DNA of 64,000 nucleotides from an uncultured bacterium. Lineage in GTDB: Bacteria; Patescibacteriota; Patescibacteriia; Magasanikbacterales; GWA2-37-8. Positions 63,435 through 64,000 of this stretch are shown piece after piece; positions within the stretch are counted from its first letter, which is position 1; every line of letters starts with the position of its first letter. The notes below the pieces were generated by a model, which had not been told where the DNA came from, made no database searches, and saw nothing but the letters and a program-made list of their open reading frames with translations. The position numbers and the translations under genes are program-made. Location: positions 281,372 to 345,371 of the forward strand of contig CALCZC010000025.1 of the NCBI GenBank assembly GCA_937903605.1, in the 5' to 3' direction.

Positions 63435-64000
63435 TCACTTCAACTCTTTTACCACTCCAACAAACAACATTTCTTTGGTTTTGTTATCAACAATAGTATA
63501 AACAAATGGATGATTAACTTCCATATAAAATGGTTTTGGCGGTTTAGGTGGGTTCGCAGATAGGCCCATTGCCATCATTTCAACTGCGGTGACCGCTGCC
63601 GCTTCTGTTCCCTCTTCATAAACATCGATATAAGTTTTATGTATAACTCTACTAATTGCTAATTCAGTATTACTAATTCCAGAAAAATCAGCACCACCAG
63701 TAAAAGCAGAAGAAATACCTAATTGAACTAACACGTCTTTTAATTCTGTTTCGTATTCCATTTTAAATTTCGGCAAAATAATTGTTCCCGGTCGTAAGTC
63801 ATATTTAGAAATCCATTTTCCCCAATTGGCAGCATTAAAGTCGGCAATAAATTTATTAATATCTTTTGGTAAAAACACATACATACTCAATCCGTTATTA
63901 CCTTTATACGGCAGAATAATACTTTGTAAATCTTTGTTTTCAAAATAATTAAAATCGTCGTACTGCTCCATTAATGGGTGTTTTTTAGTTACACCATCAA
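63435..64000 (-). CDS. serpin (serine protease inhibitor), C-terminal part; the frame stays open beyond the window end at 64000
   Basis: …ILPYKGNNGLSMYVFLPKD…, hinge/reactive-centre-loop region EEGTEAAAVTAVEMMAMG, C-terminal serpin signature FYMEVNHPFVYTIVDNKTKEMLFVGVV. The frame has no stop upstream of the first Met, up to the window end. Confidence 0.7.
   Translation of the reverse strand, partial: DGVTKKHPLMEQYDDFNYFENKDLQSIILPYKGNNGLSMYVFLPKDINKFIADFNAANWGKWISKYDLRPGTIILPKFKMEYETELKDVLVQLGISSAFTGGADFSGISNTELAISRVIHKTYIDVYEEGTEAAAVTAVEMMAMGLSANPPKPPKPFYMEVNHPFVYTIVDNKTKEMLFVGVVKELK

Noticed and set aside
1-64000. Alternative genetic code (UGA=Gly, code 25) as used by some CPR lineages
   Set aside because: Long genes end cleanly at TGA, TAA or TAG under the standard code. 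The 9.7-kb ORF is uninterrupted. Conserved proteins such as DnaK and FtsZ have normal lengths.
1-64000. CRISPR arrays, prophage or transposable elements
   Set aside because: No array of regularly spaced direct repeats. The repeated elements are palindromic hairpins without spacers. No integrase, transposase, recombinase or phage structural genes were recognised in any frame.

Overview
This 64-kb window is an AT-rich, very gene-dense bacterial chromosome segment. G+C looks like about one third by eye. It uses the standard genetic code: the 9.7-kb ORF is uninterrupted, and TAA/TAG/TGA all terminate plausible genes. Intergenic spacers are short and GC-rich hairpin terminators are common. Almost all genes are on the minus strand.

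I call about 60 CDS, two tRNAs (tRNA-Glu CUC and tRNA-Ser GGA), no rRNA, no CRISPR array and no integrase/transposase. The housekeeping genes include proS, uppP, murF, ftsI, typA, hupA, hrcA, dnaK, dnaJ, yidC, gatCA, pyk, nrdR, ftsZ, ftsA, ybeY, rpsU, hisS, lepB and an rlmD-like gene. Together with fermentative H2/acetate modules, giant surface proteins and secreted protease inhibitors, this is most consistent with a small-genome Patescibacteria/CPR-type episymbiont. That assignment is an inference, not verified.

The main points of interest are:
- **Surface-protein locus (45520-59287, about 13.8 kb).** Two tandem paralogous proteins of 701 aa and 3,234 aa have N-termini that look like T4SS VirB2/TrbC pilin modules (signal peptide, helix, short charged loop, helix). 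These are fused to huge extracellular regions carrying IPT/TIG domains, CG[ND]G..EECD cysteine repeats and LamG domains. They are followed by two membrane proteins that share a Ca-binding TSP3-like motif.
- **Orphan non-coding unit (3537-4136, minus strand).** About 600 nt of GC-rich sequence sits between a near-consensus sigma70 promoter and a strong intrinsic terminator. I cannot assign it to any RNA family I know.
- **Fermentative operon from a single promoter.** hydB(NuoF-like)-hydA([FeFe]-hydrogenase)-porGA-porB-acd has no separate ferredoxin or NuoE-like gene.
- **Heat-shock operon.** It has a CIRCE variant, a NUDIX-GrpE fusion and an inserted membrane protein.
- **Secreted inhibitors.** A Kazal-type inhibitor and a serpin are present.
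- **Dispersed hairpin repeat family.** GC-rich palindromes with GCTNAGC loops recur in intergenic regions.
- **Candidate structured leader.** A compact three-way-junction RNA element lies upstream of a CBS-domain gene.
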